Notes under the pieces: generated by a model | The model's database searches: none | Seen by the model: the letters and a program-made list of their open reading frames with translations, nothing else | What the model was told of the DNA's origin: nothing | Part shown: positions 1 through 11,254 of the stretch, piece by piece | How the letters are laid out: each line of letters begins with the position of its first letter | Position numbering within the stretch: the stretch's first letter is position 1 | DNA from: Octopus sinensis | Lineage: Eukaryota | Assembly: GCF_006345805.1 (NCBI RefSeq) | Contig: NC_043001.1 | Location: 113,398,001 to 113,462,000, forward strand | Reading direction: 5' to 3' | DNA: 64,000 bases | Made by a program: the position numbers and the translations under genes

Positions 1-57
1 GTCTTTTAGGGCTGTACTAACAGGAATGATACTCCCAAGAAAAAAAAATGAACGAAG

Positions 58-87
58 ATAATAATAATAATAATAATAATGATGATA

Positions 88-143
<56 letters not shown>

Positions 144-146
144 TAA

Positions 147-177
<31 letters not shown>

Positions 178-178
178 A
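58..178. repeat. (AAT)n/(GAA)n microsatellite
   Basis: Direct reading of trinucleotide runs. Confidence 0.95.
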
Positions 179-180
179 AT

Positions 181-862
181 ACTCACATGTGAGTGAGTGT
201 AGTTAGCTGGTCCCAAAAACACTACAAAAGGAAGTAAGATAACGGCTAGGTTCGTCCAATGGAGGCTATGTATAAAGTACGGCCGAACAGAGCACGGAAA
301 TGGTTCGAACATGAACCAGAAGGAATCTCAGAGAACAAGGAATATGAGGCACTGTGGCATTTTCCAATCCAATGTGACTCCCTAATCAAAGCTCGGAGAC
401 TAGATATGTTTGTGGTAGATAATAGAAAAACGGAATCCAAGATTATAGATATTGCAATACCTGTCGAGGCACGTGTAAATGACAAAAAAAAAAAAACTAG
501 AAAAGATTGAAAAGCACAAACTACTAAAAGACGAAATTGCAAGAATGTGAACTATGGGAAGAGTGCCTGTCATTCTTGTAGTTGTAGGGGCACTCGGAGC
601 ACTAACAGCTAAGTTCGAGAAATATGTGAGAGAAATCGGAATTCACTTGAGAGCAGAGCAAGCTCCCAAAACTGCACTGCTGGGGGTCAGGTAGGATTTT
701 GAAATTGGTATTTGGACGTAGAATGTCTCCCAGGATAATTAACGACCGAGTATCAAAGCTTAAAATGTGCGGAAAGAGACCCTGTGAGACCTGACAGCCG
801 GCTGCTGTCCGCTCCCACAAAAATCTACCAGAGCAAACAAGATCGAGAGCCCTGAGAGGTAA
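181..862 (+). mobile_element. 5'-truncated R4/Dong-like (restriction-like endonuclease) non-LTR retrotransposon 3' end, degenerate
   Basis: ORF 259-510 reads WFEHEPE..ENKEYEALWHFPIQCDSLIKARRLDMFVVD..IIDIAIP, the PD-(D/E)xK RLE signature. It continues across frameshifts as ..LKDEIARM..PVILVVVGALG.. and ends in an (AAC)/(GAT) tail. (AAT)n lies on the 5' side. Confidence 0.8.
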
Positions 863-929
863 AACAACAACAACAACAACAACAATAATAACATCAACAT
901 TAACAACAACAACAACAACAATAATAATA

Positions 930-980
<51 letters not shown>

Positions 981-982
981 AT
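863..982. repeat. (AAC)n/(AAT)n/(GAT)n compound microsatellite, tail of the LINE fragment
   Basis: Direct reading; explains spurious ORF 602-1015. Confidence 0.9.
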
Positions 983-1200
983 AATCCTTTCTCCTGTAGG
1001 CACAAAGCCTGACATTTTGGTGGAGGGGATTAGTCGATTACATCACCCCCAGAGTGTCGCTGGTACTTAGTTTATTGACCCAGAAAGTAGAAAGGCAAAG
1101 TCGTCGTTGGCGGAATTCGAACTCAGAACGTAAGAAACAGACGAAATACCGCTAAGCATTTTGCCCGGCATACTAATGACTTTGCCAGCTCACCGCCTTC
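983..1200 (-). mobile_element. tRNA-derived SINE, family M (Meta-like central domain)
   Basis: Minus strand: GGCGGTGAGCTGGCA head, B-box-like GTTCGAATTCC, then the CTTTGCCTTTC..GGGTCAATAAA..AAGTACCAG central domain. Confidence 0.85.
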
Positions 1201-1252
1201 ATAACAACAACAGCGGCAGCAGCAGCAGCAGCAACAACAATAACAACAATAA

Positions 1253-1815
1253 TATGCCCTGATGCAGTTCCAGGCAGTGGCTCTCATGGCTTCTGATCTG
1301 ATCTTCACTGGAAGTGTTATCATGTACATTGTTTTGTCTTGGTATAAAAGATAGACTACAGCAAATATTCTGCTCAATACCACAGATTTGCTTGTCAGTT
1401 GTTTGACCTTAATCAGTTGAGCATGTCCCTTAGTGGCTGACGATATGTGCATCTCTGATCATGAGCAGAAGTAGTAGGGAGCATCATAGTAATGTGTCAA
1501 GAGGAATTCTTTGGGGTTTGGATAATGCACCTCTTGAAACATGGGTGTTTCGTTCATCATCCTTAGACAACCCTTATTCAGGAACCTTTTGCGTGAGATG
1601 GGCTACTCAACCCGAAGAAAATTAACTGGGACCCACCTGCAAGTGCATGTGCTGTTTATCGTGATATGAGATCACCATGTCGCACACATATGGTTGCGGT
1701 GCATGTGCCTAGTGTACCCTTATGAGACGGGTAGTCATGATGGGTATACTAGGCTTCATATATTTTACCCTAGTATTACTCTGATAGCATGCGCTGCTCT
1801 CTCACTCAATAATAA
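1253..1815. mobile_element. Unclassified ~550-bp interspersed repeat flanked by (AAT)n-type runs; probable 3' UTR or non-autonomous derivative of a non-LTR element
   Basis: First ~170 bp recur at 19126-19300; ends in ctctcactc-aataataat. Confidence 0.6.
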
Positions 1816-1858
1816 TAGTTGCAATAATGGCTGTAATAATATTAATAATGGTCATAAT

Positions 1859-1902
<44 letters not shown>

Positions 1903-1959
1903 TAAAACTATGAAAAGGATAAAATGCAGCATAGATAATTATTTTTATTAAGTATAGAA

Positions 1960-2760
1960 TGGAGAGGATAAAATAGACGGAAACAAAAAAATTCTAATAT
2001 CAAGGGTAACGCTATTTTAACTGTTTCTAAGAATTCTTCCTTGCAAAACCTGGATAAAAATTCGATGTAATCATTGAGTCGAAGAAAATTGCCCACATAA
2101 AGGTCACTGCAAATGTTATCATGTAGTTTATAAACGAACTGTTAAAAACAGTTCTGCTTATATCAAAAATGGTTATTACATTGCCATTCATTTTCCAAGA
2201 ATACCTCAAAGGACTCTACTTCTCTCCCTAAATATATTTTCAGCTTGAAAACCAAAAGCATTTCTCAGACTAGGAATAGATCATATGAAAACCTGCAAGA
2301 CCTTATCAAAGCGGACAAAAAGAAATTGCCGATTATATAAGTGTGAGGTTTCAGAGAATATTAAAGCTGATCAACGTTCTTTTGTTAATTCTGAACACAA
2401 GATCATTGTGAAGTGTGGCATTTTAAACACTTTTCCCTTCTCTAAATATACTCAACAACGAGAAAAAAATATTAAAATATTCCATTTTGTTTTTCAGAAT
2501 GAAGAAAGAAAATCATCAACCACAAAGGGCAAAAGAAAAATGCTTTATAAATATTCTCAGTTCGAAGCTAAACCAAAAATAGTCAACAGGGTTACTAAGA
2601 AAAACTTCCTTTATACAGATCACCCAATAATACGTGTGGTTGAAAAGTTGTATATAGCGAAAGCGCTTAAAATATACGCAAACCTCTTTCGAAAAGATTT
2701 GTGACATTCTGAATTGTAAGTGGTTTATTTTTAAAATAAAATATTTCTTAAATTGTGTCT
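1960..2760 (+). mobile_element. Degenerate Penelope-like element 3' region (linker, GIY-YIG C-terminus, pLTR)
   Basis: ORF 2285-2704 contains FPFSKYTQQ..KNIKIFHFVF..SSTT..RKM..KPKI, which parallels IPFSEHIEKC..FLIFPFY..SST..RLNKE..KPRLN at 27328-27798. A hammerhead-like motif follows at 2633-2678. Confidence 0.55.
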
Positions 2761-2898
2761 GTATTAAGAATTCTTTCTAAAACCATTTAAAACTATATAT
2801 TTGTATATATATATTTGTATATATATTCCCTTAAACATTTGAGTGTTTATTTATATAATAAAGTTTAGTAACATTAATGTATCAACTATGTATTTCTG

Positions 2899-3133
2899 TG
2901 TACACACACACACACACACACACAACACACACACACACATACACACACACACACCACACACACACACACACCACATACACACACACACACACACACACCA
3001 CATATTTATTATATGACGGAACGCACGCATCCATTTCTAAGTAAGATTGATCTTAATATATATATATATACATATGCATATTTATTTGTTGGTTTCTCTC
3101 CCTATGTAGATATATGGTTATATCTCTATACTT

Positions 3134-3200
<67 letters not shown>

Positions 3201-3234
3201 ATATTGAGTGTGTGTGTGTGTGTGTGTGTGTGTA
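2899..3234. repeat. (CA)n, (TA)n and (TG)n microsatellites
   Basis: Direct reading. Confidence 0.95.
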
Positions 3235-3892
3235 GGTTTCAGTCTGTCTCTTTTGTATTCAACAGAAATGCTTTCTGATTAACAGACGGTATTCTCGATG
3301 ATTTCGGATAAATATCACTTCAAATAAATTTAATTTAAATTAATTACGATTTTAAATTACGTAATTATGATATTAATAATTTTCATTACTAATGAAACGG
3401 TTGTTCAACGTAATCAGATTACGAAGCACTTTCGTTTAACGTCTGAGAATTTATGCACCTACTGCAGCCTCAGCTCATGCCGGTGCATTATCAGCCACAG
3501 TATACCGAATCCTACCAAGCCCCGAGTCAGCACTTTATATATTGGCATATGACCAGTGGAGACGACTTGTATGATGAACAAACAGCATAAGTTTTGACCT
3601 GGCCAGATGAAAACAACGGCAAGGACCTCCCATTATTACGAAAGTGATGTCTTTGGTCACTTTCATGCTTGACCATTTTAGGATAATCCCATTTCAATCC
3701 ATTTTTTAGCCAGTTGGAGATTCCGCCTAAAGCGTCTCCAGCATCACAACAGAGACGCCGGTCCGGTACCTTACGATACTGGTTGTTATGATGTTGCCTC
3801 CCACGCTCTTCACTTGTTTAATGAGGGATTTTGCTAGTACTGCACATTCCTTCGGTGTGGTATCAATCACCGCAGATTCCTTAAAAACTAAT

Positions 3893-4128
3893 ACCCATTT
3901 CTTTACTACCCACAAGGAACTAAGCACAGAGGGGACAAACAACGACAGACAAACGGATTAAGTCGATTACATCAACCCCAGTGCGTAACTGGTACTTATT
4001 TAATCGATCCCGAAAGGATGAAAGGCTAAGTCGACCTCGGCTGAATTTGAACTCAGAACGTAACGGCAGACGAAATACGGCTACGCATTTCGCCCGGCGT
4101 GCTAACGTTTCTACCAGCTCGCCGCCTT
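3893..4128 (-). mobile_element. SINE family M, full length, type-B tail
   Basis: Same head and central domain as 983-1200; tail ..TGTCCCCTCTGTGCTTAGTTCCTTGTGGGTAGTAAAG. Confidence 0.85.
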
Positions 4129-4369
4129 CTAAAAACTAATAACATTACTGGCGTCAGCATCTGTCGACAATATTCATCCAGTGACTTATTTCAAGCGTGA
4201 TGTTTCTCAACAACCTCAGATTCTACAGTAATGATTCGACAGCCAATGTGTTATATTTCTCAGTTTATGAACATTTGTCTATGTTGTATTCGTTCATTGA
4301 GTTCTCGTTCAAATTATTTCTTTCAATTAATATTCTTAATTAATATTACTCCCTAAAACCAAATTTTTT

Positions 4370-4493
<124 letters not shown>

Positions 4494-4725
4494 GAAGGCG
4501 GCGCGCTGGCAGACACGTTAGCGCGCCGGACGAAATGCTTAGCGGTAATTCGTCTGTCGTTACGTTCTAAGTTCAAATTCCGGCGAGGTCGACTTTGCCG
4601 TTCATCCTTTCGTGGTCGATAAATAAAGTACCAGTTACCCCCTGGGGTCGATGTAATCGAATTAATCCCTTTGTCTGTCCTTGTTTATCCCCTCTATATT
4701 TAGCCCCTTGTGGGCAGTAAAGAAA
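4494..4725 (+). mobile_element. SINE family M, full length
   Basis: gaaggcggcgcgctggcag..gttcaaattccggcgaggtcgactttgccgttcatcctttcgtggtcgataaataaagtaccag. Confidence 0.85.
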
Positions 4726-4759
4726 TCTATCTATCTATTTATATATCCTCTCCCCTTTT

Positions 4760-4935
4760 CTTTTTTTTCTCCCCCCCTTTTTAAAAAAATCCTCCCCCTT
4801 TTTTTGTCCTCTTTCTTTCCTTTTACGATCCCTTTTGATCGAAAACCAACCCCCTTTTTTTTACCCCCAAAAGAAAAGCTCTACCTTGTAATTTGTTCTG
4901 TCTGTGTGCAGCCCTGTGTGGCTAATAAAGAAACA

Positions 4936-5016
<81 letters not shown>

Positions 5017-5017
5017 G

Positions 5018-5056
<39 letters not shown>

Positions 5057-5057
5057 G

Positions 5058-5128
<71 letters not shown>

Positions 5129-5190
5129 GTTTATCTATCTGTCTGTCTGTCTGTCTATCTATCAGTCTGTCAGTCTGCTTGCCTGTCTGC
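4760..5190 (+). mobile_element. Short retroelement 3'-end-like repeat with AATAAA followed by a (TATC)n tail
   Basis: ttttacgatccc..gatcgaaaacc..aagaaaagctctaccttgtaa..tgtgcagccctgtgtggc.aataaag recurs at 41646-41815, again embedded in (TATC)n. Confidence 0.7.
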
Positions 5191-6711
5191 CTGCGTGGGT
5201 TTACTTCTCTCTGTCTCCCTCCCTCCCTCCCTCCCGCTCTCCCATATCTTTTATTCTTACTATCTATATGTCCAACATGTTTACTTTTTGTTTATTTATA
5301 TATACTTTGTTGTCTCCCTGTGTATATTTATATGTATTTGTGAGTATGTATGTGTGCGCATGCGTGAGTATGAATTTGTGTGAGTTGGCTTATCTTGCCG
5401 TTATTTATTGTGTCTTTTCCCCACCTCTCTTTATGACTTTCTTCTTTCTTTTCTTTCATTCATTTTCAGCAATTTGATAGCTTCTTGGGATTTCAGTTCC
5501 TTTGAACATTCAAGCCGCTTCATCTTCAAAGACTGTGCCACAATTGGAATATTCCATAGAAATACCACTATGTCCGCCTGGCTGTTTCACTGTCTGTCTG
5601 TCTGTCTCTCTCTGTGTCAGTCAGTCACTCTGTATAATCGTCTCTTACCTAACCCTCCTTTCTTCTTCCTCTTTCTCTATTCTTATTCTCTCACACCATT
5701 TCCCCTCTCCCATTCTATAAATTTACTCACTCACCACTGACATCCACTTCCCTCCTTCACTCCCTATAAATCTACTCTCTTACCCTCTTACACCCTTCTG
5801 CCATCCTTCATTCTATCTTTCTCTACATCTCTTTTCGCACATTTTTCCAAAGTTTTTCTTTTTCCCTTTCATATCTTCCTTCAACAACCATATTCCTTTT
5901 CTGTCAAACTAGTACAAATCTTCCTTCAAAACGAAGCATTTTCTTTCTTCTTTCTTGCAGGATCAAAGTCAATTCTCTGATGATGTCTGACGCCCTATAT
6001 TACTAAACAAAATCTTTTGCTGCTGTTTAATTTCGCCCTTTCGGTTTTTCTCTATTTTACTCTTATTCCTTTGATTTACTTAATATATGTAAAAAAAAAA
6101 AAATTCACGCATCCTTTTATTTCTTTGTTTCTAAGAATAAGAAACAAAATTATTTTTATTGACTTCTTCATATATCTATGCAAGATTGCAACATAGATTC
6201 TTCAACTGAGCCAAATGGCAGGAAACCTAGGGGTAAATCAACAATACGATGGCTGGTTAATATTCATAGTCACAGTTCGTTACGCTTAACGATGAAGCGA
6301 GAAAGTATAATGGCGATTGTTTCTGATTGGAACCTTTGGCTGAGATGCCCGAAGATATTATTCTCCATCCATGAACCTCCCAGGAATTAAGAGACGATAA
6401 AGATAGATGGATGGATTTATCTACTGATATCATATTTGGATACATAGTCAGGGTTCGTTTTCGGAATCATAGAGTTTTCGGATCCCGTAACGTATACCCT
6501 CGTACGAACGATCCAAACAAACTTCGTCTAACCTCGCTTTGTGTCCAAGTAGCAGACTTCCAGAGTTTCCTATTTTCACCTGACCCAAACTGATACTTTC
6601 TCGGTATTGCCCACATTGTTAATATAAAGATAAAAGCCAAAAGTTGTGATTCGAAGCGAGTACGGTTTGTTAGCCTTTTCCACAGTTTTGCTAAGTATTT
6701 TAGGTAGCTAT

Positions 6712-7024
6712 CTCACACATGACACGTCACATGACCGACCAGTCTATTAAAATGTAGTTACACATCGCTGGTCACAATGCGTTCGCATTGTTTTAGCCTT
6801 CGGACGACGCCACCCCGCTAGCTAAGCGAACAGGCCAACAGAAGAAAGACTGGGAGAAAGAGTGGTGAAAGGGTACAGCAGGGATCACCACCCCCTGCCG
6901 GAGCCTCGTGGAGCTTTTAGCTGTTTTTGCTCAATAAACACTCACAACGCCCAGTCTGGGATCGAAACCGCGATCCTACGACCGCGAGTCCGCTGCCCTA
7001 ACCACTGAGCCATTGCGCCTCCAC
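6712..7024 (-). mobile_element. SINE family R (tRNA-Arg-like head) with an alternative tail and a 13-bp TSD
   Basis: Head GGAGGCGCAATGGCTCAGTGGTTAGGGCAGCGGACTCGCGGTCGTAGGATCGCGGTTTCGAT on the minus strand; tttaggtagctat at 6699-6711 and 7025-7037. Confidence 0.85.
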
Positions 7025-7333
7025 TTTAGGTAGCTATGTAGTGGCTAGTAAACATATATAAACTTCTCATTCTGAACCCTTCAACTAGCGGAACGTTAAG
7101 TATGAAAAATAGCACCATCAGTAGTTGGGTGGGACGCGTTTTCCACTGAATAGACAGAGGAGTTCTAACTCGAAGAATTACTCCGTGAAAAATTTGAATT
7201 CACAACTTTATGACGGTGACCCAATAAACTAACCATTAGACTACCCCTCTCCATAATGTATACATGTATGTGCGTGAGTATTTCCTTTGTGCCTTATTTG
7301 TTTTCATTATTTGCAAGTATTCTTATATATATA

Positions 7334-7748
7334 TACTCTTTACTCTTTTACTCTTTTACTTGTTTCAGTCATTTGACTGCGGCCATGCTGGAGCACGGCC
7401 TTTAGTCGAGCAACTCGACCCCGGGACTTATTCTTTTTGTAAGCCCAGTACTTATTCTATCGGTCTCTTTTTGCCGAACCGCTAAGATACGGGGACGTAA
7501 ACACACCAGCATCGGTTGTCAAGCAATGCTAGGGGAACAAACACAGACACACAAACACACACACATACATATATATATATATACATATATACGACAGGCT
7601 TCTTTCAGTTTACGTCTACCAAATCCACTCACAAGGCATTGGTTGGCTCGGGGTCTATAGCAGAAGACACTCGCCCAAGATGCCACGCAGTGGGACTGAA
7701 CCCGGAACCATGTGGCTGGTTAGCAGCTACTTACCACACAGCCACTCC

Positions 7749-7751
<3 letters not shown>
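7334..7751 (-). mobile_element. SINE family C (tRNA head, CORE-like domain, internal microsatellite, (GAGTAAAA)n tail)
   Basis: Minus strand: CAGGAGTGGCTGTGTGGTAAG..GGCATCTTGGGCGAGTGTCTTC..tail ending GAGTAAAAGAGTAAAGAGTA. Many near-identical copies in the window. Confidence 0.9.
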
Positions 7752-7839
<88 letters not shown>

Positions 7840-8280
7840 TATTATATATATATATATCTGTGTGTTTGCATGTATATGTACATTTACATACGTGTATACA
7901 TAGTTTATACACACACACTTCGCATACGCAGATATATAACACTTCCTTATAATAAAAAATAACAATAACGTGCAAAGGAAAACAATTTATCGCCCTGCCG
8001 TCTTTTTTTTGTCACACATACACTATACACAACCCACCATAAACACTCGCCCTCCCCAACAACACAAATATATACACACAAACCCCCAACCATGAGACAT
8101 CAAATAAAACCATGTCATTGACAGACAATAGTTAGGAGTGAAGTCGATAAATGTCTGCTGGAATATATGAAATGGTCTGTTGGTAGCGACATCTAGTGTT
8201 GGATTACAAACTACCGTCGACAGTTTAACGTCTTGACATCTGCTTATAAATGTGTAGTGTATGTGTGTACGTACGTACGC

Positions 8281-8446
8281 ATGTATGTATGTATGTATGT
8301 ATGTATGTATGTATGTATGTATGTATGTATGTATGTATGTATGTATGCATGTATGTATGTATGTAAGCATATAATACTTGTGCGCATGTACTTATGCACA
8401 CACACACACACACACACACACACACCACACACACACACACACACAC
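8281..8446. repeat. (ATGT)n and (CA)n microsatellites
   Basis: Direct reading. Confidence 0.95.
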
Positions 8447-8462
8447 TCACCCCCGCACATCC

Positions 8463-8695
8463 ATATATTCTTTTATTCTTCTATTCAACTTGTTTCAGTC
8501 ATTTTGACTGCGACCATGTTGGAGCACCGCCTTAAAGGGCTTTTTAAATCGGAGAAATCGACACCAGGACTTACTCTTTATAAACCTAATTCTTATTTTA
8601 TCCCTCTCTTTTGCCGAACCGCTAGGTTACGGGGATGTAAAAACATCAGCATCGGTTGACATGCGATGGTGGAGGACAAACACACACACACACAC

Positions 8696-8740
<45 letters not shown>

Positions 8741-8744
8741 CGCA

Positions 8745-8794
<50 letters not shown>

Positions 8795-8820
8795 CACACA
8801 CACACACACATACACACACA

Positions 8821-8852
<32 letters not shown>

Positions 8853-8895
8853 CGGGCTTCTTTCACTTTCCAACTACCAAACCCACCCACAAGTA
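8463..8895 (-). mobile_element. Older, head-truncated SINE family C copy with expanded (CA)n
   Basis: Diverged tail plus (CA)n plus aacgggcttctttcactttccaactaccaaacccacccacaag. Confidence 0.8.
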
Positions 8896-9123
8896 ACTTT
8901 TTTGTTCCCAACTTTGACCCTCCATAAATCCTAAATTTTATTGTAGAATTTATGGGAGGAACTGTCTTTGAAAATTCATATTGCCGTTGAATGCTCGAAA
9001 TGAGGAGCAGATAGACACCCGACAACTGATAAAGGGTCTTTCTCAGAGTTTCCTTGCCCTGTTTTCCATTTTTCTCATTGTTACGTATTTCATGTTATTT
9101 GCACCGTTGGTGACGTCCTGTAC

Positions 9124-9220
<97 letters not shown>

Positions 9221-11222
9221 TTTCTGTTTGAGTTAGAGGTTGAGAAACCAACTAAGGGATAGTACCTATCCAATATGCTGCTGTTAGTGTACCCAATTTC
9301 TCATATCCAAGTGCTAGTTATTGCGTGGCAATCTTGCAATGGAGTGTTATACATGGGCGAGTGTAAAAAGTGGTTTAGCCTTGATTTATACGGAAATAAA
9401 AAAGTGGAGAGGATACAAAATGGACAGACATTAGCCGGTAAACATTCCAGTATGTCTACTTATTCCAATGTATTAGATGAATACATACACATTTATTAGT
9501 AGTACAGAATATCAAATATAAAAAAAATTTGGTAATTGCAAGAACAAGGGTGGGGAAGTCTATAATGATATAGGAACAGGTGATTAAATGAGTACATGAG
9601 CAAATGAGCAGATTGTCAGTAGGTGCTAGTTTCTTACGGCCGTTTCTGCCAAGAGGCAACGAAATCTTCCAGGTTGTCTCCATCTCTTCAGTGTTATGTA
9701 GGGATGAGCAGGTAATAAATGTGTCTTTAGGCTTCGCCAGAGGGTCTAAGTGGTCGGAAGGGCTAACACATATAATAACAGTTAATAATAGCTACAGTGT
9801 GTTTGTCCTTTAAAAATGAGTAGAAAAATAATAGGAGTAAGAACAAGAACAAACATGAGGATGTGAGTATAATGATTTAGGTATAGTAAGGGGAAATAAG
9901 ATACAGACTTCCCTTGATCCATGTTATAAGATCCATGTTATTCGTCCAATGTTGGATAGGTAGATAAATTCGTTCTCAGGAGGAGTTTTTCCAGGAAGGA
10001 TAATTTTAGGCAGTAGTTCACATTATGTTTACATAGAACTTCAGTGGTGGGTTTGAAGGTATGGTCTGTGTTACGGAGGTGAAAGTTTATGCGTAAAGTG
10101 CTAGTCAGTAGGCTCAACGTTGCGGATGGTATGGCATAAGCAGCTTATGATGATGAACTCATCTTGGGAAATTTGGTATATGAGTGTATTAATGAGAGAA
10201 AGTAACCAGGTGGGGGTCAAAGTGCGATCTCAGAGTTTGTTACTGTTTCCGATCAGCAAGTCTCAGAATCCGTATGTGTAGTGGGGTGGGCTTATGGTCA
10301 GTCTTACAACCTAATTGGCCAGCTGTTCTTTTGAAAACCACTACTAAACTAATTAGAACTACAAGAAGGATTCTCTTCCCATAGTTCTAATCATTTTAGT
10401 TATCGCACTTATTCATTTGTTTTATTAATTTTATTTTGATCGTTCACTTGCTCATACTGGCCATTGTTTTATTCATTCATTTTATCTCTATTTACTTTCT
10501 TTATTTATTTGATTTGTTTTGCTTTATTTGTTAACCATCAACGAACCAGAACCACGTCATGGTTTTCAAAAAAATAGCTGACCAATTACGTTGTTTTGGG
10601 TCGAGTCTCCTTGCGAGGAAGTCTGTAGTGTGTACGTGCGGTTGTATATATATATATGATATACCTGTATATGTGTGTGTGTAATTTAGTTCGTATTTGT
10701 GTTTATGTTTGACCTTCCCACTGCTTAACGACTGGATCTCGTTTCGTTCTGACCCTACTACCTCACGGTTTATCGAAGGACTGGGTGGGCCAATCAAATT
10801 ACAAGGCTGAAAAGTAAGCACGTGTAGGGATAAGTATGAGAGGGGATGGTTACGACTAAAACATTTAAGCCGTCACCCCAGCATGGCCGTAATCCAAGAA
10901 CGGAGACAAGTAAAAGCTAAAAGAATATCGATATGTATCTGGAGAATACTCTTTACTCTTTTACTCTTTTACTTGTTTCAGTCATTTGACTGCGGCCATG
11001 CTGGAGCACTGCCTTTAGTCGAGCAAATCGACCCCGGGACTTATTCTTTGTAAGCCCAGTACTTATTCTATCAGTCTCTTTTGCCGAACCGCTAAGTGAC
11101 GGGGACGTAAATACACCAGCATCGGTTGTCAAGCAATGCTAGGGGGACAAACACAGACACACAACACACACACACACGCACACACACACACAAACACACA
11201 CACGCACACACACACATACACA

Positions 11223-11254
<32 letters not shown>

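Noticed and set aside
2498-2721. Host exon (ttttgtttttcag ... GTAAGT)
   Set aside because: A stop precedes the donor in the long frame, and the peptide is better explained as a decayed Penelope GIY-YIG C-terminus.
5941-5990. Acceptor plus DQSQFSDDV* mini terminal exon
   Set aside because: It lies at the end of a long pyrimidine-rich tract where acceptor-like strings arise by chance.
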